This document shows positions 54,467 through 64,000 of a DNA stretch of 64,000 nt, piece by piece. The stretch comes from Candidatus Woesebacteria bacterium (lineage in GTDB: Bacteria > Patescibacteriota > Microgenomatia > UBA8517), in assembly GCA_016432365.1 (NCBI GenBank), contig CP066686.1, forward strand, positions 410,906 through 474,905. The letters run 5' to 3'. Positions within the stretch are counted from its first letter, which is position 1. Each line of letters begins with the position of its first letter. The translations under genes were made by a program, and so were the position numbers. Under the pieces are notes generated by a model, which had not been told where the DNA came from, did no database searches, and worked only from the letters and a program-made list of their open reading frames with translations.

Positions 54467-55996
54467 ATGAAAAAGTTTCTGAGAGATTGGAAATGGGTGA
54501 TATTGGCGGGAATTCTTATATTGGGTTTTGGTTTTGCACTCCGTATTTTCCACCTGACAATTATTCCAGTTTTTGCTGATGAGGCTATTTATATTCGTTG
54601 GAGCCAGATAATGGCTTCTGAGCCGACTCTGAGGTTCTTACCCCTCTCAGATGGAAAACAACCTCTATTTATGTGGATTTTGATGTTCTTCGTCAAGAAA
54701 GTAACGGACCCTCTTTTTGCCGGTAGACTTCTTTCCGCCGTCTCGGGGATTGGAAGCATGATCGGTATTTTTTTGCTGACCTATTATATTTTTAAATCAA
54801 AACTTAGTGCGCTTTTTGCTTCAATTTTTTGGGCAGTTTCTCCGGTAACGTTATTTTTTGACAGGATGGCCCTCGTTGACTCGATGCTAACCTGTTTTGG
54901 AATATGGACGCTTTATTTGGGTCTAATTGTTGCTGACACAAAAAGGCTCGATATGGCTATGATTTTGGGGTTTGTATTGGGTTTTGCCGGACTTACAAAG
55001 TCTCCGGCCTTATTTTTTGCAGCACTCATTCCTGTCTGTGTGATTCTGCTCAAAAAACCGAAGGACGTTTTTAAATACGCAGGTCTTTTGGGTGTTGCCT
55101 ATGTTATCGCTTTCGGAATGTATAACATTCAGCGCCTTGGGCCAAATTTTGGAATGTTATCATCCCGCACATCTGATTATGTTTTTCCGTTATCGAGAAT
55201 ATTAGTTTATCCAACCGATCCTATTCGATATAATTTGCCTACTACTCTCAATTGGTTAGTCGCAATGGGGCCTGTCGGTCTCCTTCTTTTGGCCATTATT
55301 GGTATTGCGATAAATTTTAGGAAACAGACGAAACATATATTGATATTGTGTGTATGGTTTATTGCGCCACTTATTTATGAAGCAGAATTTAGCAAGAGTT
55401 TCATTTTGAGATACATCCTTTTTTTACTTCCGCCACTCTATATACTTGCCGCCTCAGCATTTAGTAATCTTGCCAATAGGTGGAAATATTTAGTTGCAAT
55501 TTTTCTTGCGGCTTTCTTTTTACAAGCCGGTATATTTGATTACTTTTTACTTGTCAGTCCGCAAAGGGCAAATTTTCCTGCTCGTGAAAGATCCGGATAT
55601 TTCCAGGAATGGACGTCGGGGATTGGAATAAAAGAATCGGCAGATTATATCAGAAATATACATAATCTAAACCCCGGACAACAAATAGTTGTAGGAACTG
55701 AGGGATATTTCGGTACGCTCCCTGATGGCTTTGCAATGTATGTGCAAGATTTGTCGAATGTCATAGTTGTGGGAACAGGACTTGCAATAAATAAAATCCC
55801 TCAACCCCTAGTTGAGGCCAAAAAGGCCGGGAACCCGACGTATTTTATAGTTAATAAATCAAGGCTTATTGTTGATCCTTCAAAATTGAACCTTAAGCTT
55901 ATCCAGGAATTTCCCAAGGAGCCGCGTGTTCCCGGAACAACTGAATTTTTACACAACGGACCACAAGATGCTCTTTATTTATTTGAACTGAAATAA
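54467..55996 (+). CDS. ArnT/PMT-like membrane glycosyltransferase
   Basis: FADEAIY, DGKQPLF, AGRLLS, DRMALVDS, LTKSP. Confidence 0.8.
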   Translation: MKKFLRDWKWVILAGILILGFGFALRIFHLTIIPVFADEAIYIRWSQIMASEPTLRFLPLSDGKQPLFMWILMFFVKKVTDPLFAGRLLSAVSGIGSMIGIFLLTYYIFKSKLSALFASIFWAVSPVTLFFDRMALVDSMLTCFGIWTLYLGLIVADTKRLDMAMILGFVLGFAGLTKSPALFFAALIPVCVILLKKPKDVFKYAGLLGVAYVIAFGMYNIQRLGPNFGMLSSRTSDYVFPLSRILVYPTDPIRYNLPTTLNWLVAMGPVGLLLLAIIGIAINFRKQTKHILILCVWFIAPLIYEAEFSKSFILRYILFLLPPLYILAASAFSNLANRWKYLVAIFLAAFFLQAGIFDYFLLVSPQRANFPARERSGYFQEWTSGIGIKESADYIRNIHNLNPGQQIVVGTEGYFGTLPDGFAMYVQDLSNVIVVGTGLAINKIPQPLVEAKKAGNPTYFIVNKSRLIVDPSKLNLKLIQEFPKEPRVPGTTEFLHNGPQDALYLFELK

Positions 55997-57477
55997 TGGA
56001 AAACGAACACGTAGACCCTACATCTGAGATCTCCTTAGAAACCGTTAAAGAACGTTCCATACGTGGTATTGTCGTTCTGACTGGCAGAACATTTTTGCTT
56101 CAGATAATTGGGCTTATTGCCCAACTGTTTTTGTTTGCGTATTTAGGTAAATACGAGTTTGGGGTTTTTGCAATAGTTAGTGCAATCATCAATTTTCTTG
56201 TTTATTTTTCCGACATTGGCCTGGCTGCCGCCCTTATTCAAAAAAAAGACAAGCCCACAGATTCTGATTTAAAGACAACATTCTTTATCCAACAATTACT
56301 GGTGCTTTCGATTATTGCAGCTGTTGTTTTGCTGTCACCATTTTTTGTTCAGAAATATTCGCTCAATCAGGATGGACAACTACTTTTGTATGCGCTCGCG
56401 ACATCTCTCTTTTTTTCGTCTTTGAAAAGCATTCCGTCGGTTCTTCTTGAACGGAAACTTGAATTTGTAAAACTTGTACTTCCTCAAATTCTGGAACAGG
56501 TTGTTTATAATGTTGTGCTGGTTTTATTTGCTATGAAAGGGTTTGGTCTCATGAGTTTTACATACGCGGTGCTATTGCGTGGAGTTGTTGGGGTGATAGC
56601 GATTTACATACTTCAACCTTGGATGCCGGGGATAGCTTTTTCAAGAAAAACATTAAGCGGATTATTTAAATTCGGAATTCCGTATCAGATTAATACTTTT
56701 CTCGCAACCTTCAAGGATGATGGAATGACATTGATTTTGGGTGGAATACTTGGTCCCGCCGGCGTAGGGATTCTTTCTTTTGCTCAGAAAATTTCCAGGC
56801 TTCCTCTAACATTTTTTATGGATACAGTGACTAGGGTTACTTTTCCTGCGTTTTCGCGTATGCAGGATGCAAAGATCGACTTGGAACGGAGTGTCACACG
56901 GTCCATTTTTTTTATTTGTCTTTTGGTATTTCCCAGTCTTGCCGGAATTTCAATTTTAGCGCCAATACTGGTTCGTGTTGTACCCAGATATAATCAATGG
57001 ATTCCGGCGCTTATCCCCATTATTTTTATTTCAATTAATTTTATGTTTGCAGCCGCAACCACCCAATTGACTAATTTATTAAATGCCATTGGTAAAATTA
57101 AGATCACATTCTATTTGATGATTATGTGGACAGTTCTTACGTGGGCTTTTATACCTATCCTTGCGATAAAGTTTAACGTTGTCGGGGCAGCTATTGGTTA
57201 TGCAATGGTCGGGGCATCCTCAGTCATTGCGATTTTTATTACTAAGAAATATGTAAATTTTTCTATTACAGATTCAATGATTAAACCCGCAATTGGGACT
57301 ATTGTTATGGGTATCGCACTTATAGTTTTACGTAGATTTTTATCGGTTAGCCTAGTTTCCATGGAAATCCTAACAGTTACAGGAATAGTTGTATATGGAA
57401 CCTCAATGATTTCGATGATGGGACTATCTCTTATTGAAGACGCTAGAAGAAGCTTCAAAACTATTTTTAACAAGTAA
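55996..57477 (+). CDS. wzx: Wzx/MOP oligosaccharide flippase
   Basis: FGVFAI, DIGLAAALIQKK, LERKLEF, VTFPAFSR; many TMs. Confidence 0.88.
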   Translation: MENEHVDPTSEISLETVKERSIRGIVVLTGRTFLLQIIGLIAQLFLFAYLGKYEFGVFAIVSAIINFLVYFSDIGLAAALIQKKDKPTDSDLKTTFFIQQLLVLSIIAAVVLLSPFFVQKYSLNQDGQLLLYALATSLFFSSLKSIPSVLLERKLEFVKLVLPQILEQVVYNVVLVLFAMKGFGLMSFTYAVLLRGVVGVIAIYILQPWMPGIAFSRKTLSGLFKFGIPYQINTFLATFKDDGMTLILGGILGPAGVGILSFAQKISRLPLTFFMDTVTRVTFPAFSRMQDAKIDLERSVTRSIFFICLLVFPSLAGISILAPILVRVVPRYNQWIPALIPIIFISINFMFAAATTQLTNLLNAIGKIKITFYLMIMWTVLTWAFIPILAIKFNVVGAAIGYAMVGASSVIAIFITKKYVNFSITDSMIKPAIGTIVMGIALIVLRRFLSVSLVSMEILTVTGIVVYGTSMISMMGLSLIEDARRSFKTIFNK

Positions 57478-57522
57478 AACTTCTAAGTCGCAGGGATCTA
57501 TGATTAGTGGTACAATTTAGCC

Positions 57523-58422
57523 ATGGCTTCGAAGATTTCGGTTGTAATTAATACACTAAACGAGGAGGAAAACCTTTCCCGCGCAATCCGTTCAGTTAAA
57601 GGGTTTGCAGATGAAATTGTAGTCGTTGATATGGAGTCTACGGATAAAACTGTTGAAGTGGCCAAAAAACTTGGTGCAAAGGTATTTCTTCATAAAAAAA
57701 CTGGATATGTAGAACCCGCCAGAAACTTCGCAATTAGTAAGACGATGAATAGTTGGATATTGGTATTGGACGCGGATGAGGAGATCCCGGAAAAACTTGC
57801 TGAAAAAATTACGCAAATTTTGAAGGAACCAAAAGCAGACTACTTCCGAATACCACGTAAAAATATTATTTTCGGCAAGTGGCTAAAACATTCAAGGTGG
57901 TGGCCGGATTATAACATTAGGCTTTTCAAAAAAGGATCTGTTTCCTGGAATGAGGTCATTCACGCCGTCCCTATGACACAGGGGGTTGGAGGAGAACTGG
58001 AAGCCATTGAGGGACTTTCGATAGTTCATCGCAATTACGATACGTTAGAACAATATGTCGAGAGAATGAATAGATATACTTCTCAGCACGCACTCCTTAA
58101 AGTAAATGAAGGTTACAAGTTTTCCTGGAAAGATATAATCACAAAACCATCAAACGAATTTTTCAGTAGATATTTTTTTGGTGAAGGATACAAAGACGGA
58201 TTACATGGTCTTTCTCTTTCTCTTCTTCAAGCTTTCTCCGAACTGGTAATGTACCTTAAAATCTGGCAAAACGAAAAATTTATGGAAAAAGATTTGAATA
58301 TTAGCGAGGTCAATTTGCTAATGCGCGACGAAGAAAAGGAACTTCATTATTGGCAGGGAGACTCTCAATTTAAAGAATCGGGAAAGTTAACCGATCGCAT
58401 TCGAAGAAAATTAAGGATTTAA
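57523..58422 (+). CDS. GT2 glycosyltransferase (WaaE/KdtX-like)
   Basis: NTLNEE, VDMESTD, LDADE, WPDY..RLF. Confidence 0.9.
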   Translation: MASKISVVINTLNEEENLSRAIRSVKGFADEIVVVDMESTDKTVEVAKKLGAKVFLHKKTGYVEPARNFAISKTMNSWILVLDADEEIPEKLAEKITQILKEPKADYFRIPRKNIIFGKWLKHSRWWPDYNIRLFKKGSVSWNEVIHAVPMTQGVGGELEAIEGLSIVHRNYDTLEQYVERMNRYTSQHALLKVNEGYKFSWKDIITKPSNEFFSRYFFGEGYKDGLHGLSLSLLQAFSELVMYLKIWQNEKFMEKDLNISEVNLLMRDEEKELHYWQGDSQFKESGKLTDRIRRKLRI

Positions 58423-58423
58423 A

Positions 58424-59365
58424 ATGGCAAATAAACCCAAAGTATCGATAGTAATACTAACCTGGAATCAATGTGAGATGACTAAAAATCAACTTGCAGG
58501 GGTCGCCAAACTTGATGTAGCCGGTCTTGATGTGGAAATGATTGTTGTGGACAACGGATCAACTGACGCAACAATAGAGGAGCTAACCAAATTTGAACTT
58601 CCAAACATGAAATATAAATTTATCGAGACCGGTTCAAATCTGGGTTTTGCTGGCGGAAATAATATCGGAATAAAAGACGCGATCGAACGAGGTGCAGATT
58701 ATGTAATTTCGATGAATAATGATCTGATACTTGCCAAAGATATTTTAGTCAAGCTTGTTGAACTTGCGGGATCTGATAAAAAAATAGGCCTTATTGCCCC
58801 TAAAATGTATTTTGCCAAGGGCTTTGAATTCCACAAAAACAGATACAAAGAGTCGGAGTTGGGCAAGGTAATTTGGTATGCCGGAGGGGTTTTGGATAGG
58901 AACAATGTTTATTCCGAACATCGAGGGGTAGATGAAGTAGATCGTGGTCAATATGATGAAATCTGCGATACAGATTATGTAAACGGGGCTTGTTTCCTGA
59001 TTACTAAGGATTTGATTAAAAAAATAGGATTAATTGACGAAATATTTTTCTTATATTGGGAAGACGCTGACTATTCTGAAAAGGCCAGGCGTGCAGGGTT
59101 TAGGGTGATGTACACTCCGGAAACACACCTTTGGCATATGGTTTCGGTTAGCACCGGTAAAAGCGGGAGTCCATCGAACGACTACTTCATTATCAGAAAC
59201 CGGTTAATTTTTGGTTTAAGATATTCAAGTCTTAGGACAAAATTTGCGCTGTTTAGAGACAGTATCCACTTACTTTTTAGCGGACGCGAATGGCAAAAAA
59301 AAGGTGTCATTGATTTTTATTTGTGCAGATGGAAGTCGGGAAGATGGTTAAATCGTAAAAAATGA
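58424..59365 (+). CDS. GT2 glycosyltransferase (rhamnosyltransferase-like)
   Basis: VDNGSTD, NLGFAGGNN, NND, FLYWEDAD. Confidence 0.9.
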   Translation: MANKPKVSIVILTWNQCEMTKNQLAGVAKLDVAGLDVEMIVVDNGSTDATIEELTKFELPNMKYKFIETGSNLGFAGGNNIGIKDAIERGADYVISMNNDLILAKDILVKLVELAGSDKKIGLIAPKMYFAKGFEFHKNRYKESELGKVIWYAGGVLDRNNVYSEHRGVDEVDRGQYDEICDTDYVNGACFLITKDLIKKIGLIDEIFFLYWEDADYSEKARRAGFRVMYTPETHLWHMVSVSTGKSGSPSNDYFIIRNRLIFGLRYSSLRTKFALFRDSIHLLFSGREWQKKGVIDFYLCRWKSGRWLNRKK

Positions 59366-60072
59366 AAACTTCAATCTCTGCAATTATTTTAAAAGGTGGA
59401 AAAATAGATGATCTACTTTATAGAAAGTGTTTGGATTCTCTTTCGTTTGTCGACGAAAAAGTTATTGTAGATACAAGTAAAATAAAAGGCAGCTTTGCCG
59501 ATTGGAGGAATTATGGAGCCAAAAAGGCAAAAAGTGACTGGCTTTTATATGTGGATATTGATGAGCAAGTCACCCCACCTCTTGCAAAAACTGTTTTGCA
59601 AGTTGTCACGTCTGACGACTTTTCCGGTTACGCAATACCAAGACGTAATATTTTTTTGGGGCACACGATGCGTTGGGGTGGGTGGTATCCGGATTATGTT
59701 TTAAGACTTATTAAAAAGGACAAATTAATCAGATGGGAGGGAGATCTTCATGAGCAGCCCAAAATCAAAGGCGAAATTTGTCATTTGAAATCTCCGCTAA
59801 TTCACAACAGTCATAGAAGTTTATCCGAGATGATAGAAAAAACCAATGAGTGGAGTGAGATTGAGGCAAGATTGTTATTCGATTCGGGGCACCCGAAAAT
59901 GAATTTTTTTAGATTTTTTACGGCTGGTTTTAGGGAGTTTTGGTATAGGGGGATTCGTAATCTGGGTTTTTTGGATGGAACTACCGGCGTGATCGAAACA
60001 ATTTATCAAACTTTTAGCAGACTGATTACATATTCAAAATTGTGGGAACTACAATTGAAATATACAAAATAA
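59362..60072 (+). CDS. GT2 glycosyltransferase
   Basis: FADWRN, VDIDE, WYPDY..RL, LHE. Confidence 0.85.
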   Translation: MKTSISAIILKGGKIDDLLYRKCLDSLSFVDEKVIVDTSKIKGSFADWRNYGAKKAKSDWLLYVDIDEQVTPPLAKTVLQVVTSDDFSGYAIPRRNIFLGHTMRWGGWYPDYVLRLIKKDKLIRWEGDLHEQPKIKGEICHLKSPLIHNSHRSLSEMIEKTNEWSEIEARLLFDSGHPKMNFFRFFTAGFREFWYRGIRNLGFLDGTTGVIETIYQTFSRLITYSKLWELQLKYTK

Positions 60073-60102
60073 TAAATCAAATAGCAAAGATATAAATAAA
60101 AT

Positions 60103-60459
60103 ATGCAAAAGGAAGAATTTAAAAAGAGAGTTTATAAATTCGTTTTAAGGTTAATTAAATTTATTGGAACATTGGATTTAAAAGACGTTGTTTGTAGAGT
60201 AATTGCAGATCAACTTACCAGGAGTGGAACGAGCATTCTCTCGAACTATATTGAAGGATATTCTTCAAGTTCAAGAAAAGAATTTATCAACTATTTTGCA
60301 ATTTCTTTGAAATCGGCAAATGAAAGCAAAGTATGGTTAGCGCTTCTCAGAGATAGTGGCAAGTGTGAAAAAAGCGAAGCGAACTATCTTTTAGAGGAGC
60401 TTGAAGAGATCTCAAAAATATTTGGTGCAAGTATTCTTACACTAAAAGGCAAGAGATAA
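60103..60459 (+). CDS. Four-helix-bundle protein (23S rRNA IVP/bAvd-like family)
   Basis: QLTRSGTSI.SNYIEG...SRKEF...SLKSANESKVWL. Confidence 0.88.
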   Translation: MQKEEFKKRVYKFVLRLIKFIGTLDLKDVVCRVIADQLTRSGTSILSNYIEGYSSSSRKEFINYFAISLKSANESKVWLALLRDSGKCEKSEANYLLEELEEISKIFGASILTLKGKR

Positions 60460-60514
60460 TTTTTGATTTTCAATATGTATTTTTACTATTTAATATTTAA
60501 TATTTTATTTTAAT

Positions 60515-61555
60515 ATGATGAGGGCGGCAATATATAATCCATATCTCGATACTTTAGGTGGTGGTGAAAGATACACGGCATCTTTTATAAAAGTTCTTTT
60601 GAACTCCGGCTGGAAAGTGGATATTGAATGGAATGATTCTTCAATAACAACTTCAATGCATGATAGATTTGGGATAGATCTAAGGGGTCTGGAAGTGGTG
60701 AAAGATATAAAAAGAGGAGACGGCTACGATTTGTGTTTTTGGGTATCTGACGGCAGCATTCCCACATTAAGATCCAGAAAAAACATTCTTCATTTTCAAG
60801 TTCCGTTTCATAATATTGGAGGAAACAACCTTCTTAATAAAATGAAACTTTTTCGTATAGAGGAAGTTATTTGTAACTCCGGGTTTACAAAGAAAATTAT
60901 CGACAAAGAATATGGAGTTGAGAGTACGGTTGTTTATCCACCCGTTGATGTCGATCATATAAAATCTAAAAGAAAAGAAAATTTAATTTTATTTGTAGGT
61001 AGGTTCTCTCAATTGAAACAAAATAAAAATCAGGATATTTTGATTGCAACATTCAAAAAGCTAGTTGACCTTGGACTTAGGGACTGGAGGTTGATCCTCG
61101 CCGGAGGAATCGAAATAGGAGTTACCGACTATCTCAGAAGTATGGAAAAATCGTCAGAAGGTTATCCCATTGAGATTTTAAAAAGCCCCGATTTTACAAC
61201 ACTTAGAGACCTTTATGGGAAGGCAAGGATTTTTTGGTCTGCATCCGGTTTTGGTGAGGATGAAGAAAAAAATCCCGATAAAGTCGAGCATTTCGGAATA
61301 ACAGTAGTTGAGGCCATGTCGGCTGGTGCGGTTCCTATTGTTTTTAATGCCGGCGGGCATAGGGAAATTATTAAAGATGAAGATAATGGGTTTTTGTGGG
61401 AATCTACTGGCCAACTCGTAAAGATTACAGACAGAATTATTAAAGATAAAGGTTTTTACTCTGCTGTTTCAAAAAAAGCTAAAGATGATTCTAATTTTTT
61501 TTCGTTCACTCAATTTGAGAAGAAAATCCTCCTCCTTACATCATCTGGCTTTTAG
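60515..61555 (+). CDS. GT4 glycosyltransferase
   Basis: GGGERY, YPPVD, VGRF, EHFGITVVEAM. Confidence 0.92.
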   Translation: MMRAAIYNPYLDTLGGGERYTASFIKVLLNSGWKVDIEWNDSSITTSMHDRFGIDLRGLEVVKDIKRGDGYDLCFWVSDGSIPTLRSRKNILHFQVPFHNIGGNNLLNKMKLFRIEEVICNSGFTKKIIDKEYGVESTVVYPPVDVDHIKSKRKENLILFVGRFSQLKQNKNQDILIATFKKLVDLGLRDWRLILAGGIEIGVTDYLRSMEKSSEGYPIEILKSPDFTTLRDLYGKARIFWSASGFGEDEEKNPDKVEHFGITVVEAMSAGAVPIVFNAGGHREIIKDEDNGFLWESTGQLVKITDRIIKDKGFYSAVSKKAKDDSNFFSFTQFEKKILLLTSSGF

Positions 61556-61580
61556 TCTTTACGTAGGCTAAAATCAGGGT

Positions 61581-62486
61581 ATGGATAGCAAAAACTTCAC
61601 GGTTTCTGTCGTTATACCAAGCTATAACGGTGAAAAATTGATCGAAAAAAACCTTCCCAAAGTTTTAGCTGCAAAGGCCAATCCCAAAAATCAAATAAAA
61701 GAAATAATAATCGTCGACGACGGTTCGATCGATGCAAGTGTAACTTTAATAAAAACGAAATTCCCTTCAGTAAAACTCATTAAGCATACTAAAAATCGTG
61801 GTTTTTCTGCGGGGGTGAATACGGGTGTAAGGGCTTCTAAAGGGAATTTAATATTGCTTCTAAATACGGATGTTTTACCCGAAAACAACTTTCTTGAACC
61901 TGTTTTTAAGCATTTTATGGACGCACGGACTTTCGCAGTTTCTCTACACGAAAAGGGATACGGTTGGGCTAGAGGATATTTTTCTGAAGGATATATTCAA
62001 CTTGGAATGGGGGAGGAAGGTAACTCCGTGCATTCGAGTTTTTACGTAAGTGGGGGGAGTGGAGTTTTTAGAAGAAGTTTGTGGGTTGAACTAGGGGGTA
62101 TGGACGAAAAATTGCTTTCTCCTTTTTATTGGGAAGATATAGACATATGTTATAGAGCGGCAAAACGGGGATATTTGAACCTTTGGGAACCCGACGGGCA
62201 TGTGGTACACAACCACGAATCTACAATCAGTAAATTTTCCAAGTCCTATGTTCAAAAAGTTCGTGAGCGGAACCAACTTTTAATGTTATGGAAAAATATA
62301 CATTCAAAAAATTTGATTAGAAAACACATTGCCGGCCTTTTTATGCGGCTTATCAAGCACCCCGGTTATATAAGAGTAATACTTATGGCTTTGGGACGAA
62401 TAGGGATCGCAATTAAAGCTCGAAAGAAAGAAATTAAAGAGAGTAAAGTTTCCGACGAGGCAGTTTTCTCAAAATTCACAGGTTAA
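61581..62486 (+). CDS. GT2 glycosyltransferase
   Basis: DDGSID, NRGFSAGVN, LNTD, YWEDID. Confidence 0.9.
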   Translation: MDSKNFTVSVVIPSYNGEKLIEKNLPKVLAAKANPKNQIKEIIIVDDGSIDASVTLIKTKFPSVKLIKHTKNRGFSAGVNTGVRASKGNLILLLNTDVLPENNFLEPVFKHFMDARTFAVSLHEKGYGWARGYFSEGYIQLGMGEEGNSVHSSFYVSGGSGVFRRSLWVELGGMDEKLLSPFYWEDIDICYRAAKRGYLNLWEPDGHVVHNHESTISKFSKSYVQKVRERNQLLMLWKNIHSKNLIRKHIAGLFMRLIKHPGYIRVILMALGRIGIAIKARKKEIKESKVSDEAVFSKFTG

Positions 62487-62487
62487 T

Positions 62488-63321
62488 ATGTATATCGAGC
62501 TTTCCATAATTATCGTTAATTTAAATACTAAGGACCTCACAATCGGATGTATTAGGTCCATCGAAAAAGAAGCAAAAAATATTTCTTTTGAGGTACTTTT
62601 GACAGACAATGGCAGTAATGATGGTTCGGTTGAAGCCTTTAAAAAAATAAAGGAAGAGAAGTATTGGAAAAAACGCTTCACCTTAATTTTAAATGACAGC
62701 AATACCGGTTATGCAAAAGCGAACAATCAGGGAATAAGGCGCGCAAAAGGAAAATATATATTTCTTTTGAATAACGATACGGTGGTTCACAAAGAGGCTC
62801 TTCAAAATCTACTAAAATTTGTAAAAAACACTCCGGATGCCGGAGTTGTCGGGTCGCGACTTCTTAACATCGACGGCAGTTTACAAATGTCTTGTTTTAA
62901 TTTTCCGACCATAACGAACGCTGTGAAGGAGTATTGGTTGGGACAAAAGGGACTATTTGAGAAATTCGCTCCGCGCGGTAAAGATCCTGTTGCGGTCGAT
63001 TCGGTAGTTGGGGCTGCATTTTTAATAACACCTGTGGCTAAAAAACGGGTCGGAATCTTAGACGAACGTTATTTTGCCTATTTCGAAGATATTGATTATT
63101 GTCGACAGACATGGAAACAGGGGTTAAAGGTCTATTATCTTCCGAATTCTGTAATTACCCATTATCACGGGGCCACATTTAAAAAGTTGGGAGACGAGTC
63201 AATTCGTTGGAGGAAATTAATTCCTTCCAGTAAAATCTACCATGGTTTTTTTAAACATTACGTTATAAACGCAATACTTTGGGCGGGACAAAAATGGCAA
63301 AAAATATTTCAAAAAAATTAA
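62488..63321 (+). CDS. GT2 glycosyltransferase (WbbL-like)
   Basis: DNGSNDG, NTGYAKANN, LNND, YFEDID. Confidence 0.9.
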   Translation: MYIELSIIIVNLNTKDLTIGCIRSIEKEAKNISFEVLLTDNGSNDGSVEAFKKIKEEKYWKKRFTLILNDSNTGYAKANNQGIRRAKGKYIFLLNNDTVVHKEALQNLLKFVKNTPDAGVVGSRLLNIDGSLQMSCFNFPTITNAVKEYWLGQKGLFEKFAPRGKDPVAVDSVVGAAFLITPVAKKRVGILDERYFAYFEDIDYCRQTWKQGLKVYYLPNSVITHYHGATFKKLGDESIRWRKLIPSSKIYHGFFKHYVINAILWAGQKWQKIFQKN

Positions 63322-64000
63322 TAGTCATCCTTTTAATTTTTCTTATTTCCCCAACATTTTTTAAGCTACTTCAGCCTGGCTTTTTTCCTATGCAGGACGA
63401 TTTGCAAGCCTTTCGTGTATATGAAATGGACAAGTGTTTTACCGATCTTCAAATTCCTTGCCGTTGGGTTCCGGATGCGGGGTATGAATATGGCTATCCG
63501 CAGTTCAACTTTTACCCACCTTTGCCGTACTACCTCGGTGCTGGATTGCACAGGGTGGGTATTCAGTATATTGACACCGTTAAGATTCTTTTTATTTTAG
63601 GTTACATACTTTCGGCAGTCACAATGTTTGTCCTGATTGCTGAGATGTTTGGTGTATGGGCGGGGATGGTGGCATCACTTCTCTATACATATATTCCTTA
63701 TAAAGCGGTCGAGGTTTATGTAAGGGGGGCTCTTAGCGAATTTTGGGCTCAAATATTTTTCCCTCTAATTTTGTGGGCAATATACAAACTTGTTAAAACC
63801 GGAAAAATAAAATATCTAATCTGGTTTGCTTTTGCCTCCGCTGCGCTTGCAACGACACACACTTTGATGACTATGGTTTTTGTACCGATCGCCGTCGTCT
63901 GGGCCATTTATTGGTTGATACGGAAAAAATGGGGAAACTGGACTAAAGTTATGTGGGGGGGGATTCTGGGTTTTGGGCTTTCAGCTTTTTTCATTCTCCC
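63294..64000 (+). CDS. PTPS-related/YfhO-like GT-C membrane protein (partial, runs off window end)
   Basis: Manual translation from ATG 63294: MAKNISKK...MQDDLQAFR...IPCRWVPD.GY.YGYPQFNFYPPLPYY...YIPY...VRGALSE; similar to the N-half of 47194-50310. Confidence 0.8.
   Translation, partial: MAKNISKKLIVILLIFLISPTFFKLLQPGFFPMQDDLQAFRVYEMDKCFTDLQIPCRWVPDAGYEYGYPQFNFYPPLPYYLGAGLHRVGIQYIDTVKILFILGYILSAVTMFVLIAEMFGVWAGMVASLLYTYIPYKAVEVYVRGALSEFWAQIFFPLILWAIYKLVKTGKIKYLIWFAFASAALATTHTLMTMVFVPIAVVWAIYWLIRKKWGNWTKVMWGGILGFGLSAFFIL

Noticed and set aside
60103-60459. Four-helix-bundle gene as the Avd of a diversity-generating retroelement
   Set aside because: No reverse transcriptase and no TR/VR pair with adenine-specific mismatches; the 114-bp repeat differs by C/T changes only.

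Overview
64-kb chromosomal segment, most likely from a Patescibacteria/CPR (Microgenomates-like) bacterium; the taxonomy is inferred from gene content and from the short-leader, SD-less gene starts. It uses the standard code (TGA is a stop). Core genes are secA, tgt, prfB (no frameshift), ftsE-ftsX with a coiled-coil/C39-like hydrolase, galE, galU, rfbB-C-D, trmD and an nrnA-like DHH gene. A roughly 25-kb surface-glycan cluster follows (many GT2, GT-C/ArnT-like, GT4, Wzx). The most striking region is an accessory island at ~17170-25460 encoding a Zn-ribbon membrane protein, a vWA/solute-binding lipoprotein, a second solute-binding protein, XpaC-like and TelA-like proteins and paralogous membrane proteins. 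Its non-coding DNA is organised like an rRNA operon. It has strong sigma70 promoters and boxA-like motifs. Each of three 1.2-2.9-kb cistron units is bracketed by perfect 12-14-nt long-range complementary arms, one directly after boxA and one 1-2 nt after the last stop codon. A repeated, covarying two-hairpin RNA element lies between units. Other oddities are a 114-bp direct repeat bracketing two genes, a CCCATA element upstream of several -35 boxes, an RmlB-Nudix-like fusion, a PI3/4-kinase-like operon, a TGT with an altered pocket, and in-frame palindromic inserts. No rRNA, tRNA, CRISPR array, transposase or integrase was recognised. All calls were made by eye, without database searches.
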